Part shown: positions 44,848 through 55,210 of the stretch, piece after piece
How the letters are laid out: the number at the start of each line of letters is the position of its first letter
Numbering within the stretch: the first letter of the stretch is position 1
DNA from: Nitrospirota bacterium
Lineage (GTDB): Bacteria; Nitrospirota; Nitrospiria; Nitrospirales; Nitrospiraceae
Length of the DNA stretch: 64,000 nucleotides
NCBI GenBank assembly: GCA_963701855.1
Contig: CAVPBK010000006.1
Span: forward strand, 992,001 to 1,056,000
Direction of reading: 5' to 3'
Translations under genes and position numbers: made by a program
Notes under the pieces: model-generated
The model's input: the letters and a program-made list of their open reading frames with translations, nothing else
Databases searched by the model: none
Told to the model about the DNA's origin: nothing

Positions 44848-45240
44848 CTAGCTGGGGCCGGGAGGATCTTCACGATCTTCTCCCGTGAGCGAGTCGGCTT
44901 CTTGCGCTTCGAGTGGCTGCAGAACGGTCAGGATGCCCTGTAGCACCTGCCGGCGTTGCTGCAACCCCTTCTTCGGGATATCTCGTGTCAATGGTTCCTG
45001 AGCGGATTCCGGCAAATTTACCAGCGCTTCGGCTTCCCCCACTGTGGCATATTTGTACGATTCCACATACTGATGATTCGCGCCATATATTTTGATCAGC
45101 ATGTCTTCCGTGTCAGCGTCAAACTGATCGAAGGTGGGATTCACCACCGTGTGGTGAGCGAGGCCTTCGAGCTTATCGATCTGCGCCTTGAGACCTTCAC
45201 TCCGGGATTCGGCATGATACATCGAATTGACTTCCGTCAT
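44848..45240 (-). CDS. Hypothetical protein
   Basis: 130 aa, AAGGAG RBS. Confidence 0.65.
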   Translation of the reverse strand: MTEVNSMYHAESRSEGLKAQIDKLEGLAHHTVVNPTFDQFDADTEDMLIKIYGANHQYVESYKYATVGEAEALVNLPESAQEPLTRDIPKKGLQQRRQVLQGILTVLQPLEAQEADSLTGEDREDPPGPS

Positions 45241-45407
45241 ACTGGCGTCTCCTTCCCTGTTAATCTTGATATCCTATCAGCCCTGTCTTCCGTTGTGTGA
45301 GCATTAGTGATCAGTCCTGGATACCTCGACTTTGATATATCTGCATCATCAAACGAGCCGCTGGTGAAGAGTCTGCGCGCATGCTGATACTGAAGGTGGG
45401 ATGCACT

Positions 45408-45422
45408 TGGCACGAGGGATGC
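45408..45422 (+). promoter_or_regulatory. Putative sigma54 promoter
   Basis: TGGCACGAGGGATGC, ~105 bp upstream of 45527. Confidence 0.55.
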
Positions 45423-45526
45423 CGATAGTTCTCGTCACTCGGGGGCGGACGGCAATCAGACCACATCATGTGAAAGAGAGACGGAATGGATCACGAGTCG
45501 TGAGAGTCTAACCTAAAGGAGGAATC

Positions 45527-45805
45527 ATGGGAGATCATCGTCAGAAAAGGATTGAAGAGATCGCTGCTGAGATAACCGGGCCTATTGTGGAGGCGATTAT
45601 CACAGCTGGAGCCAATGGCAGCGATGGACGTCTTTCCGGTATCTCGAAAGCCAAAGCAATAGGGGAGGCCGCCAGAGTTATATATGAGGAGGTCTTTACA
45701 GGAGTTCTTGTCAGTCTGAAGCCGGGCACATCGAGTGCGCTGCCGAAACCGGGAGATCTGCTTGACCGTGTTACTGGGAAACCAGTCCTGGCCTCTCAAC
45801 CGTGA
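45527..45805 (+). CDS. Hypothetical protein
   Basis: AAAGGAGG RBS, 92 aa. Confidence 0.65.
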   Translation: MGDHRQKRIEEIAAEITGPIVEAIITAGANGSDGRLSGISKAKAIGEAARVIYEEVFTGVLVSLKPGTSSALPKPGDLLDRVTGKPVLASQP

Positions 45806-46000
45806 GTGCGGTGATCCTTCAAAACGGCCTTTAGCCTTTTTCCGCTTCCCTAGGAATTCTGCGCACGGTGTTCAAAAACCCCTCGCATGGTCGAGAACCA
45901 AACCGTCGATTTTTCTAGGGCTTTGACATATCCTTCCGCCTGTTCCAAAAACAAATATGTTTGATTCACATCATGCGACTATTATGAATCGCTCCCATAA

Positions 46001-47083
46001 GTGCAGATGAAGATTCACCAGACTACTGCGCTCTACGAGACGTGGTTAGCGAAACAGACTGCTCTCGTGTCCAAAGACCTCGCCCTCAAGCACGTCTTGA
46101 TGAAACAGGATCCGTTCTCCTTTTTCCGAGCCACGTTTTATCGGTGGGCGCAGGTATGGCCGGAGGTCTGTGCTGACCTCACTACGGCACCGAAGCTGCG
46201 GGCGATTGGAGACTTGCATGTCGAGAACTTTGGAACCTGGCGCGACAGCGAAGGCCGGCTAATTTGGGGGATCAACGATTTTGACGAAGCCTACCCCCTC
46301 CCATACACCAACGACCTGGTGCGATTGGCCGTCAGTGCCTCAATAGCTATTGAGATAAAGCGTCTAGCCGTGAAGCCCAAGGAGGCCTATGACGCGATTA
46401 TGACTGGCTACACGGAAGGATTGAAGTCGGGCGGCCAACCATTTGTGCTGGCCCAGCAGCATTCGTGGTTGCGTGACATCGCGATCAACAAACTTCGTGG
46501 CCCGGTGGGGTTCTGGATGAAAATGGAGGCCTTGCCGCGTGTGAAGGGCGCCATACCGAAACGTGCACGCGTGGGCTTGAAGCATCTGATGCCGGAACCA
46601 GGCTTGTCGTATAGTCTTCGGCGGCGGGTATCAGGGTCTGGAAATCTGGGGCGTCCACGGTTTGTGGCGCTCGCTGACTGGCAGGGAGGCAAGATAGCCC
46701 GTGAAGCAAAAGCGTTAGGCCCCTCAGCCTGTGCATGGGCAGGAAAGAGGCACGGCCTTTATACGATCTTCTATCAATCCATATTGGACCATGCCGTTCG
46801 ATGTCCTGACCCCTTTGTAAGGATGGAGGGCAACTGGCTGGTACGACGGCTCTCCCCCGATTGCTCCCGCATTGAACTGACCTCCTTGCCGAAGAAACGA
46901 GACGAGGGCACACTGCTCTATGCCATGGGCTTTGAAACGGCCAATGTGCATCTTGGAAGTCCCACGGCGATTCGTCCCATACATCAGGACCTCGCTAAGC
47001 GAAAGGCCAAGTGGCTACGTGGGGCGGCGGAGCAGATGACCGGCGTAACAATCAGCGACTGGATGAAGTGGACAAAAAGATAA
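46001..47083 (+). CDS. DUF2252-family protein (kinase-like fold)
   Basis: PFSFFRATF, GDLHVENFG, INDFDEA. Confidence 0.85.
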   Translation: MQMKIHQTTALYETWLAKQTALVSKDLALKHVLMKQDPFSFFRATFYRWAQVWPEVCADLTTAPKLRAIGDLHVENFGTWRDSEGRLIWGINDFDEAYPLPYTNDLVRLAVSASIAIEIKRLAVKPKEAYDAIMTGYTEGLKSGGQPFVLAQQHSWLRDIAINKLRGPVGFWMKMEALPRVKGAIPKRARVGLKHLMPEPGLSYSLRRRVSGSGNLGRPRFVALADWQGGKIAREAKALGPSACAWAGKRHGLYTIFYQSILDHAVRCPDPFVRMEGNWLVRRLSPDCSRIELTSLPKKRDEGTLLYAMGFETANVHLGSPTAIRPIHQDLAKRKAKWLRGAAEQMTGVTISDWMKWTKR

Positions 47084-47312
47084 TCATTCCCATTAGGCAC
47101 TGAGCACTGCCCTGAACGAGCGAACAGGTTCATAAACAGTTGGTTCTGGCTGCTACGATTTCCACTCTTAATCCTGAAGGAAATCACAAGAGTACCCGCC
47201 AGGGAATTCACAAACCTTTTGGCCCCCCCTCGGATACTCCTCAAACACTCCGCTGCATCAATGAGAGCGCGCGAACGATCTAGGTTCCTGACTTCTTTTA
47301 ATCTTCGGAGCT

Positions 47313-47915
47313 CTATTTCTTCTCAGAGGGGCCTTCACCTCTACTGGCACTCTGCGCCCTTTCAATTACGCACTCACCGTTATCGCAAGTCTTCACTCGT
47401 TTTTCCTTCTTCTCCAGACAAGACTTCTTATCCTCTTGACTAATGGCCGCATCGATGCACTTTTTCAACTCCTCCTGAGCTGCCTTGAGACATTGCAAGC
47501 AAAGATTCTGGGCGTCAGATTGCGTCTTATTGGCATCCACTATAGCTTTGGCCGAGTTGGCTGCTTCCACTGCATCATCTTTTGCTTTCTTTGCTGGATC
47601 GAGTGGAGGCACCAGTTCGGATTGTTTCTTCCGAGCCTCATCGCGTGCCGTCTCCGCTTCTATAGCCGCTTTCTCTGCTTCCGCAATCGTTTTTCTCTTC
47701 TGCAAGTCCTCAAGGCTGTTTTGTGCCTGCGTCATAGGCACCCCCAAAAACATGAAAGCCAGTACAATCAGATTCGTTCGCCTGAGTGTGCCATTCCGAA
47801 TGCGTGGTATGTGTTCGCCTTCATTCGAGGTGGTCATAGATCCAACATCGCGACTTGTTGTCCTTGTAAACATGACGCTCCTCTCTTCAAGATTTCCAAG
47901 ATGACCTTCCCCCAT
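47313..47915 (-). CDS. Hypothetical exported protein, coiled-coil plus Cys-rich helical C-terminus (start uncertain)
   Basis: Hydrophobic signal-like stretch, six Cys in the C-terminal half. Confidence 0.55.
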   Translation of the reverse strand: MGEGHLGNLEERSVMFTRTTSRDVGSMTTSNEGEHIPRIRNGTLRRTNLIVLAFMFLGVPMTQAQNSLEDLQKRKTIAEAEKAAIEAETARDEARKKQSELVPPLDPAKKAKDDAVEAANSAKAIVDANKTQSDAQNLCLQCLKAAQEELKKCIDAAISQEDKKSCLEKKEKRVKTCDNGECVIERAQSASRGEGPSEKK

Positions 47916-47949
47916 TTGTTACACCAGGGCTAAAAAAGTTCATTTCCGT

Positions 47950-48200
47950 GCCGCTTGGGACCGGTCTTGATAGTGTTGATGAACTCCATGGATGTCATAT
48001 CCCCAATGGTGCTGTGCATCCGCACCTCATTATATTCCTGATGCCTGGCCTCAATCACGCACTCCCTACGCTTCCGGTAAGGTGACTCACCCCGTGCTGG
48101 ATGGTCCACGCATCCAACGCAGTCCCTGAGAATTCCGGTCTGTTGTCCAGGATTACAGTCTCCGGCAACGGCCGTCCAGAAAAGAGACGGTCCAGAATAC
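47950..48200 (-). pseudogene. IS3-family integrase core remnant
   Basis: PETVILDNRPEFSGTALDAW and IEARHQEYNEVRMHSTIGDMT fragments. Confidence 0.7.
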
Positions 48201-48936
48201 GGCAGACCTGCTCTTCAAGGAGGTCTTTTTGTCTTGGGAGCAGCTGTTGGAGTCGTACCTATATTGAGCCATGGACAGCCAGGTCTTAGCGTAGGACTTG
48301 TGGATACTAAAACCGGCATTATTCTTCGGCACCATCGAGTCCCAAATATTCTTAAAACGCTGGAGTTATCTGATATGTGCGAGCAATCTGGGGCGATCGA
48401 CTGGACGAGCTTCGCAACTCCTGCTTAACGACACTGTGATAACTATCATCTATACCTGGAAATAAGTACTATGGAGTAGCGTCCGAAATGAACTGGAAAA
48501 TTTTGTCTATGTGCGAAGCACGGATCTCATGCTCCTATAGCGATTGCCATTGATGGCTTCGTCACGAGGGATGAAGACGGCAAGAGTTCGCTTCAAAGAT
48601 CACGGAACCGTGCCGGACGTGATCAATCGGATTGCGCTCGAATGAAATTGATAAAGCGATTGAATCACAAAGCAAAAACGAAAAACAACGCCGAAATCTT
48701 CCGACACGGAGACGCCCTGTTGAGACGCGGGGAGGCGCTTGTTCCAAGTGTGTGATACGACGGCGATGACCGAGGCGTTGGATAGGTTGACCGCCCGCTA
48801 TGGCAATCAACTTGAGCTGGATGCCTTTGCGGAACTTCGGAAATCGTTTATGATCACACGGAGAACGCACCAGGCTGGCCAGCATACGGCCATCGCGGAT
48901 GTTGGCCCATTTCAAATAAACAAAAGGGAGAACACT

Positions 48937-49179
48937 ATGATAATCCGACAAACGTGCGTCTATGTCGTAATGGTGAGTGGGATTCTCTTATTCGCTGGCT
49001 GTGCTTTTGTGAACTACGAACCACATGACGGAACTCAATTCGATAGTGCTCTGGAGAGTCAATCAAAAACTCTTGCTGGATCGTACAAAGACATTGGATC
49101 GAACGGCTCCATCAAGCCACATCCCGAATCATCGTACAAGATGAGCCAGGAGCCACCTAGCCAACCAACGGTGCAATAA
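48937..49179 (+). CDS. Small hypothetical lipoprotein
   Basis: GGGAG RBS, FAGC lipobox. Confidence 0.6.
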   Translation: MIIRQTCVYVVMVSGILLFAGCAFVNYEPHDGTQFDSALESQSKTLAGSYKDIGSNGSIKPHPESSYKMSQEPPSQPTVQ

Positions 49180-49352
49180 TTCTAGGTGGACTGGCAGACA
49201 TACCCGATTTGAGAACGCATACTATCAAAGGTCGACTGGAGGAACAACGGCTCGCTCCGGATATGGCTCGAACCGGACGGGTTTATCTCGTGGAGCCGTG
49301 GAGGAGACGGCCAGTAGGCGTCTCGTGTAAGGCTTATTTAAGGGGTCGCACC

Positions 49353-50750
49353 CACTCTTGTCCAAAATAAGTTCTTAAAATGCCTCCGGCTTGTGAGTAG
49401 GATGGGTTGTTCCTTCACATCCATCGACGGCGTTGCCACGCCGTGTCACCCACAAGCCGGAGGTATTGGATGGGAGCCGTTGCCAGTTGTTTTGCGCAAA
49501 TCCTGTCTCTGATCGATCGTGCGGGATTTGCGCGTGCCGTGCGGCAGCCCCACGCTGAGCGAGCGGCCAAGGGATTCAGCGGCCGGGCTCATTTCGTCGC
49601 CATGCTGTGTTGCCAAATGGGGCGCGCGCAGTCGCTCCGAGAGATCTGCAGCGGCTTGGCGACCAGCCTGGGCAAACGGGTTCACCTCGGCGTGCGGCGA
49701 ACGCCAACCCGGTCGACGCTGGCCTAGGCCAACGCTCATCGGCCGTGGCCACTGTACGAGACGCTCGTCTATCAGGTGCTCACCCAGGGTCAGGTGGTGG
49801 CGGCCGCGACGCGACGGCGGGTTCGGTGCAAGCACCCGCTGCGGACTCTGGATACGACGATCATCGAGTTGTGTGCCACGGTGTTCGAGTGGGCCCGGGT
49901 TCAGCGGACCCAAGGAGCCATCACGCGCCAGCTCCAACTCGATCCCCAGGGGTGTCTGCCCTGCGGGGCCCTCGTGACCGACGGCGACCCCAACGATGTC
50001 CGTGTTGCGCAGCAGCGGACGTTTGCTCCCGGCACCATTGTGGCGATGGATCGGGGCCACCGGGACTAGGCCCTCTATCATCGCTGGACAGTGACAGGGG
50101 TCGGGTTTGTCGCACGCCCACGCACCAATATGTTGTACGAGGTTCTGGCGCGACGCTCGGTGCCTCCCCGCGGTGCCGTGCTCGCCGATGAGGTGATTCG
50201 CCGGACCGGCCTGCCTGCAGCCGACCGGTGCTCCGTCCCCCTGCGGCAGGTGACGATCTGGGACGAGACGCAGCAGCGCCGGCTCATGTTCCTCACAAAT
50301 CTGATGCACCTCGCTGCAAGCACGATCGCAGCCATCGATACGGAGCGATGGCAGATTGAACTGCGCGTTACGGCCTTGACGCAACGCCTCAAAATCAAAA
50401 CCTTCGTGGGTACCAGTGAGAACGCGGGGCAGCTCCAACTCTAGATCGCTCTGCTGGCGATGTTGCGGCTGAAGTATCTGCAGCGGAAATCCATCGGGCC
50501 ATGGAGTCTCTCGACCCTCGCGGCCTTACTCCGCTTCACTTTGTTGACCTATCGGGACCTGTGGGCCTGGCTCAATGCGCCCGTTGGACGTCCGGGGAGC
50601 ACCCCGGCGCCCATGCAAGCGACACTCTTCGCCACATGATCCTGGACAGCAGCATGGGCAACCTCATCCGAAACCCCGAACCACCGCCGGCTGAAAGGCA
50701 GAATTCACGCGGAGAGGACTCTGAGGGCAAGATTATTTTGGACAGCAGTG
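49353..50750 (+). mobile_element. IS4-family element with inactivated transposase
   Basis: TIRs CACTCTTGTCCAAAATAA / TTATTTTGGACAGCAGTG (16/18); LDTT, DRG, RWQIE motifs; three in-frame TAG stops. Confidence 0.85.
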
Positions 50751-51152
50751 GGGCAGGTCATTTCCGTATCGTTTGCCAAGCTAGCACTACGATTCCTAAT
50801 AGGCCCAAAGCGCCCATGAGCCAATCCGCTACATTAAGAGCGGACAGGCAGTCTTGACTACTAAACAGTTTCCAGCTAAAAAAACACGACATGGCAAATA
50901 TCGCCAAAAAATAATGCGTATTCATACTGCACTTGTCTGGCGAGTGCAAGTAGGGCACAATCGCCTTATTGAGCGGCGTGAAACGGTTACTAAACCGTTT
51001 GTCGCGACCTAGGAAACTCAAATCTCAGGGTACGCAAAGGGTACAGATCGGGGAGCCAGCATCCTTAAAAGTAAAAAACAAATCCTCCTTGAGAGTGCTG
51101 CTATCGGAGCCAATAAGCGAATCAAGTCACAAGAAAAAACGGAGGATTCATC

Positions 51153-51749
51153 ATGAGCATGAAAGGCTTTTGGTTGGGACTCGCTGTTGGAACCATCGTC
51201 ACTGGCCTACTCGGTCAGTGGGTGTTCTCCGCCGCGAGCAAGGAGACAGAGCCGCTCAGGGGCATATCCCCCGAAATTGTCGCCGCTTATATACATAGTG
51301 TAGTCCAGGCAGATCGAACTTTTTACACGAGGGAGATTGTGGATCGGATGCAGAGGCGAGGCCTTGTCCACGCCTCGGAGCACTGGAAGGAGAACGGAGA
51401 TCTCCCTCTACCTGCCCAATTTGTACTCGAAACGGGGCGGCTCATAGCTCAACAACCAATTGGAATTCAATTCCGGTTGATCAGCAGTTGGCCGATAAAT
51501 GGAAAGAACAGCCCAACGACAGAGTTCGAGCGGACCGCGCTTACGAAGATCCTCGGGAATAGCGATCTTCCCTATACAACCGTTACAACCGTGGGCGGAG
51601 CTCGTGTCTTCCAAGTACTCTATGCCGATAAAGCCGTGTCTCAGGTGTGCGCCGATTGTCACAATGGACACGTTAAAAGCCCAAAGAGGGATTTCAAGGC
51701 GGGAGACGTGATGGGTGGGATGCTTCTAACGATTCCACTCCCACAATAG
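51153..51749 (+). CDS. DUF3365/Tll0287-like c-type heme protein
   Basis: N-terminal TM, LPLPAQF, CADCH, FKAGDVMGG. Confidence 0.8.
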   Translation: MSMKGFWLGLAVGTIVTGLLGQWVFSAASKETEPLRGISPEIVAAYIHSVVQADRTFYTREIVDRMQRRGLVHASEHWKENGDLPLPAQFVLETGRLIAQQPIGIQFRLISSWPINGKNSPTTEFERTALTKILGNSDLPYTTVTTVGGARVFQVLYADKAVSQVCADCHNGHVKSPKRDFKAGDVMGGMLLTIPLPQ

Positions 51750-51774
51750 GGAAGGCCAACCGAAGATGAGCGAC

Positions 51775-52133
51775 TGACCTGCCCGGGGAAATTTGGTCCA
51801 GGGTGAATGTTAGACTGGACCGCACAACCAGGAGGTCAGAATCATGCCCAAGAAACGGTATACGCACGAAGAGATTATTGAACATCTGTGGACGGTTGAG
51901 CTCGACACGAGCAAAGGCCCGGCCGTGCTCGACTCCTGCCGGAAGCTCGGCATCACGGAGCAAGATGTGCGATCAGCTTCTCAGCGGGGAGCTGTTCTAC
52001 ACGCTGAAAGAAGCCCAGATCATCATCGAACGCTGGAGGATTCACTACAACACGGTCCGTCCGCACAGCAGTCTCGGGGGCTTGCGAGCTGAAAACTAAC
52101 ATGGTACGTGGTACGAAAACTCCCGGCTGGTCA
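51775..52133 (+). mobile_element. Internally deleted IS3-family element (359 bp)
   Basis: TG...CA imperfect TIRs; orfA start MPKKRYT joined to orfB end IERWRIHYNTVRPHSSLG. Confidence 0.85.
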
Positions 52134-52234
52134 CACAGGACAGTTTCTCCCATCGGTAACCAACGTCCTCCACTTTGAATTAAGGGTGATTGTAATGGTC
52201 GCTTAGTAGTAGACTTCTGGATGGGCTGTAGGTG

Positions 52235-53152
52235 CTAATCCTTCATAGTCGAGGTAGTATCTTCAAGATCTTTGATCGTGCGATTCAGGCATTTCCGCCC
52301 CTCTTCTTCATCCCCTCCGTACCAGTCCACTAAGTTTGAGCTAGATTTGACATTCGCCGGACGGGGTCCAGGGTATAGTGCCACCTTTAAATCTTTCTTC
52401 TCGCATCCTGATCTAGGCTTATAACTGACGCTCGGATTTGGTTCAGATAGTTGATAATCTTGATAACGCAAAAGATAAAGTAGCTCATGAATGCTATTAA
52501 CGGCTTTATGCGCGGCCGAAATTTTCCGTGAGCGCAACGAATAAATATGTTGTCCATGCAACTCCATAAACTTCTTGCTGCTTCTCTGAAAAAGTGAAGC
52601 AATCTCTTTCTGTTTCGCACTGCTTTCCCGGGTCGCTTTCGATTGATTTTCCATCTTGAGCTGCTCTTCATGAATCAGTGAAAGAACGGACATCGCGCGC
52701 ATGTCAAGAATTGAAATCAGTTCTTCAACGGAATTCTGGTCCCCACTAAGCTTACTCCACTCGCGGAGGGCTTGAGACGTTAAAGATTTTGATGTTGATT
52801 CCGAAAATCCTCGGTTACCTGAGATTTCACAAATGTAAAACAAAATGGAATTCAGATCGGTCTTTTCCGGGGTATTTCCCGCGAGAGTTTGAAGATTTCT
52901 TGTGAATTCCGTATTAATGCTCCCTAGTTCTAGCTGGCTAAGTTTTAGAACACTGTCAAGATTCTGTTTGACATCAGCACTGTAAGAAGCTGGGGGTTGT
53001 TCTGTACATTTTGCGTCGACACGGGCCTTTTTTATTTGTCCGCCTTCTTTTGGTTCGACTTGGCCTAGTTTTACGGTACGATTTTCGGTAGTCGAACCAG
53101 TCTCACAACCTACAAGGAAAACAAGAAAAAGAGCTATAACGAGTCTTGTCAT
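52235..53152 (-). CDS. AT-rich hypothetical lipoprotein
   Basis: GGAGG RBS, LVGC lipobox, visibly lower GC than core genes. Confidence 0.7.
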   Translation of the reverse strand: MTRLVIALFLVFLVGCETGSTTENRTVKLGQVEPKEGGQIKKARVDAKCTEQPPASYSADVKQNLDSVLKLSQLELGSINTEFTRNLQTLAGNTPEKTDLNSILFYICEISGNRGFSESTSKSLTSQALREWSKLSGDQNSVEELISILDMRAMSVLSLIHEEQLKMENQSKATRESSAKQKEIASLFQRSSKKFMELHGQHIYSLRSRKISAAHKAVNSIHELLYLLRYQDYQLSEPNPSVSYKPRSGCEKKDLKVALYPGPRPANVKSSSNLVDWYGGDEEEGRKCLNRTIKDLEDTTSTMKD

Positions 53153-53729
53153 GATACCTCCTGGTTATTCACTTCAAAACATTTGAACCGTCGGATCATA
53201 GGTGCCTCTCCGATCAAAATCAATGAAAAGGAGTTATTAAGACACTGGCCCTTCTTGCATAAATCAGAGACACGGCTTCAGGTTGGATTTTATGCGAGGT
53301 TCAGTTCCTATCCGATCTGTGCTTGCAGAAGACACCTGAGTTCAACCGCAGAACCCTCTTTCCGACACCGACTTTGTTCTAACACTGAGCAAATCCACCC
53401 GATGGTGTTTTCCCTGGCGAAAGAGGGGAGTACTGGCCGTATGCATGCCATCGAAGTTTCCGAGCATGCTGCCATCATCGTTGCCGGTATGATGGGAAAC
53501 TTAGGCAGGAGGTTTTTGATTACAGGTGCGGATAGAGCATACCGCAGTGTAGTGTAGTGTTAAAGTCACCTCAACCAACCCGAGTGCAAACCCATGAGAC
53601 AGCATTACCTACGCATGCTTTTTTGCCCAAGTCAGTTGCCGTCATCGATGCCAGCGAGCGCCCCAATGCCGTGGGCGAGATCGTATTTAGGAACATACTG
53701 GAGAGTGGGTATACAATATAACAGCCGCC

Positions 53730-53906
53730 GATGGATCTCCAGCTCTTTGGCGAACTCCACAATATTCTCGCACTGCTTGAGCCGCTCCACAGCCATCTGC
53801 CGGAACGCCTTCGGAAACTTTCCCACGCGCTTTTTTGCCACTTGCCACCTCCTCTGCTGTGACAAGTGTGCTAATTTTTTCTGTCTCATTCTAGGGGTGC
53901 AGTCCA
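53730..53906 (-). pseudogene. IS3-family left end and orfA remnant
   Basis: TGGACTGCACCCCTAG end; KFPKAFRQMAV...AKELEIHRRLLY HTH, truncated. Confidence 0.7.
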
Positions 53907-53977
53907 CGTCTGATCACGCTGTGGCTGGGACCGGAAGCGAACTCGCTATAAGTTGTTGAGAGAAAAGAGAGAAGGTG

Positions 53978-54054
<77 letters not shown>

Positions 54055-54144
54055 TGCGAATGCTAACAAAGCGTTAAACGGCAAGTCAAGCCAGCGCCGC
54101 GCAACCAAGTTGCTTTCGCTCACCCGCAATGCTAAAGCGATAAC

Positions 54145-55092
54145 ATGCGACTCGTATTCATGGGTACGCCGGAATTTGCGGCGGCTTCTCTTGAGGCCTT
54201 GTTGAGGTCGGACAATTCCGTTGTCGGTATTGTCACTCAGCCGGATCGCCCGAAAGGGCGCGGGCAAACACTTAAACCGTCACCGGTGAAACTTCTGGCT
54301 CAGCGAGAGCAGATTCCGCTGCTGCAACCGCTCAAGATAAAGGATCCTGAATTCCATCATGCTCTGGCTGGGTGGAAACCGGACCTGATTGCAGTCGCAG
54401 CATTCGGGCGCATCTTGCCATCGGCAATCCTCTCGCTTCCCCCACTCGGCTGTATCAATGTACATGGTTCCCTTCTTCCCAAATATCGCGGGGCTGGTCC
54501 GATCCAGTGGGCGATCATCAACGGTGAGACGGAAACAGGAATTACGACTATGCTGATGGACGAGGGGATGGATACTGGCTCGATATTGCTCCAAGAGGTC
54601 ATCCCTATTACGCCTGACGATACCGCCGGTACCCTCTCGCCACGTTTGGCTGAACTCGGAGGCAGACTGTTGGTCAAGACGATTGCTCAACTCAAGGCCG
54701 GTACCCTCGTACCGCGACCGCAAGATTCTTCGCGAGCGACCTTGGCACCGTTGTTGAAAAAAGAAGATGGTGCGATTGATTGGGCGTTGCCGGCTGCCGA
54801 CCTGGCCAACCGAGTCCGCGGACTCTCTCCCTGGCCGGGGACCTACACAACCTTGACCGGAGGCGACCGTTGGACGATTTGGCGAGCCCTGGCACTTCCA
54901 GGTCCTGTGATAAAGCCTCCGGGAATGGTCGTCGCCGTCACCAGCGAGGCCATTCATGTTGCGACTGGGAAGGGAGTCCTTGCCGTGACGGAGCTGCAGC
55001 CTGCTAATAGCCGTCGCATGGCTATCTCTCAATACTTGGCAGGCCATCCCATTGCTGTTGGATTGCAGTTAGGAGGACCGGCTCTTTCCTAG
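54145..55092 (+). CDS. fmt: Methionyl-tRNA formyltransferase
   Basis: FMGTPEFA, TQPDRPKGRG, NVHGSLLPKYRG. Confidence 0.98.
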   Translation: MRLVFMGTPEFAAASLEALLRSDNSVVGIVTQPDRPKGRGQTLKPSPVKLLAQREQIPLLQPLKIKDPEFHHALAGWKPDLIAVAAFGRILPSAILSLPPLGCINVHGSLLPKYRGAGPIQWAIINGETETGITTMLMDEGMDTGSILLQEVIPITPDDTAGTLSPRLAELGGRLLVKTIAQLKAGTLVPRPQDSSRATLAPLLKKEDGAIDWALPAADLANRVRGLSPWPGTYTTLTGGDRWTIWRALALPGPVIKPPGMVVAVTSEAIHVATGKGVLAVTELQPANSRRMAISQYLAGHPIAVGLQLGGPALS

Positions 55093-55108
55093 TCCACTAG
55101 TCTGTTTT

Positions 55109-55196
55109 GTTCATTTGGTTGACCTGGTCTATCTGGTTAGTTTCGTTCAACCAAAAAAACTAGACAAACCAGTTAGACCAGGTCAACCAAATGAAC
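55109..55196. repeat. Long intergenic hairpin
   Basis: 23-bp perfect inverted repeat GTTCATTTGGTTGACCTGGTCTA (55109-55131 / 55174-55196) built from ~9-nt degenerate units. Confidence 0.85.
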
Positions 55197-55210
55197 CAGG
55201 CTTGTCCCCT

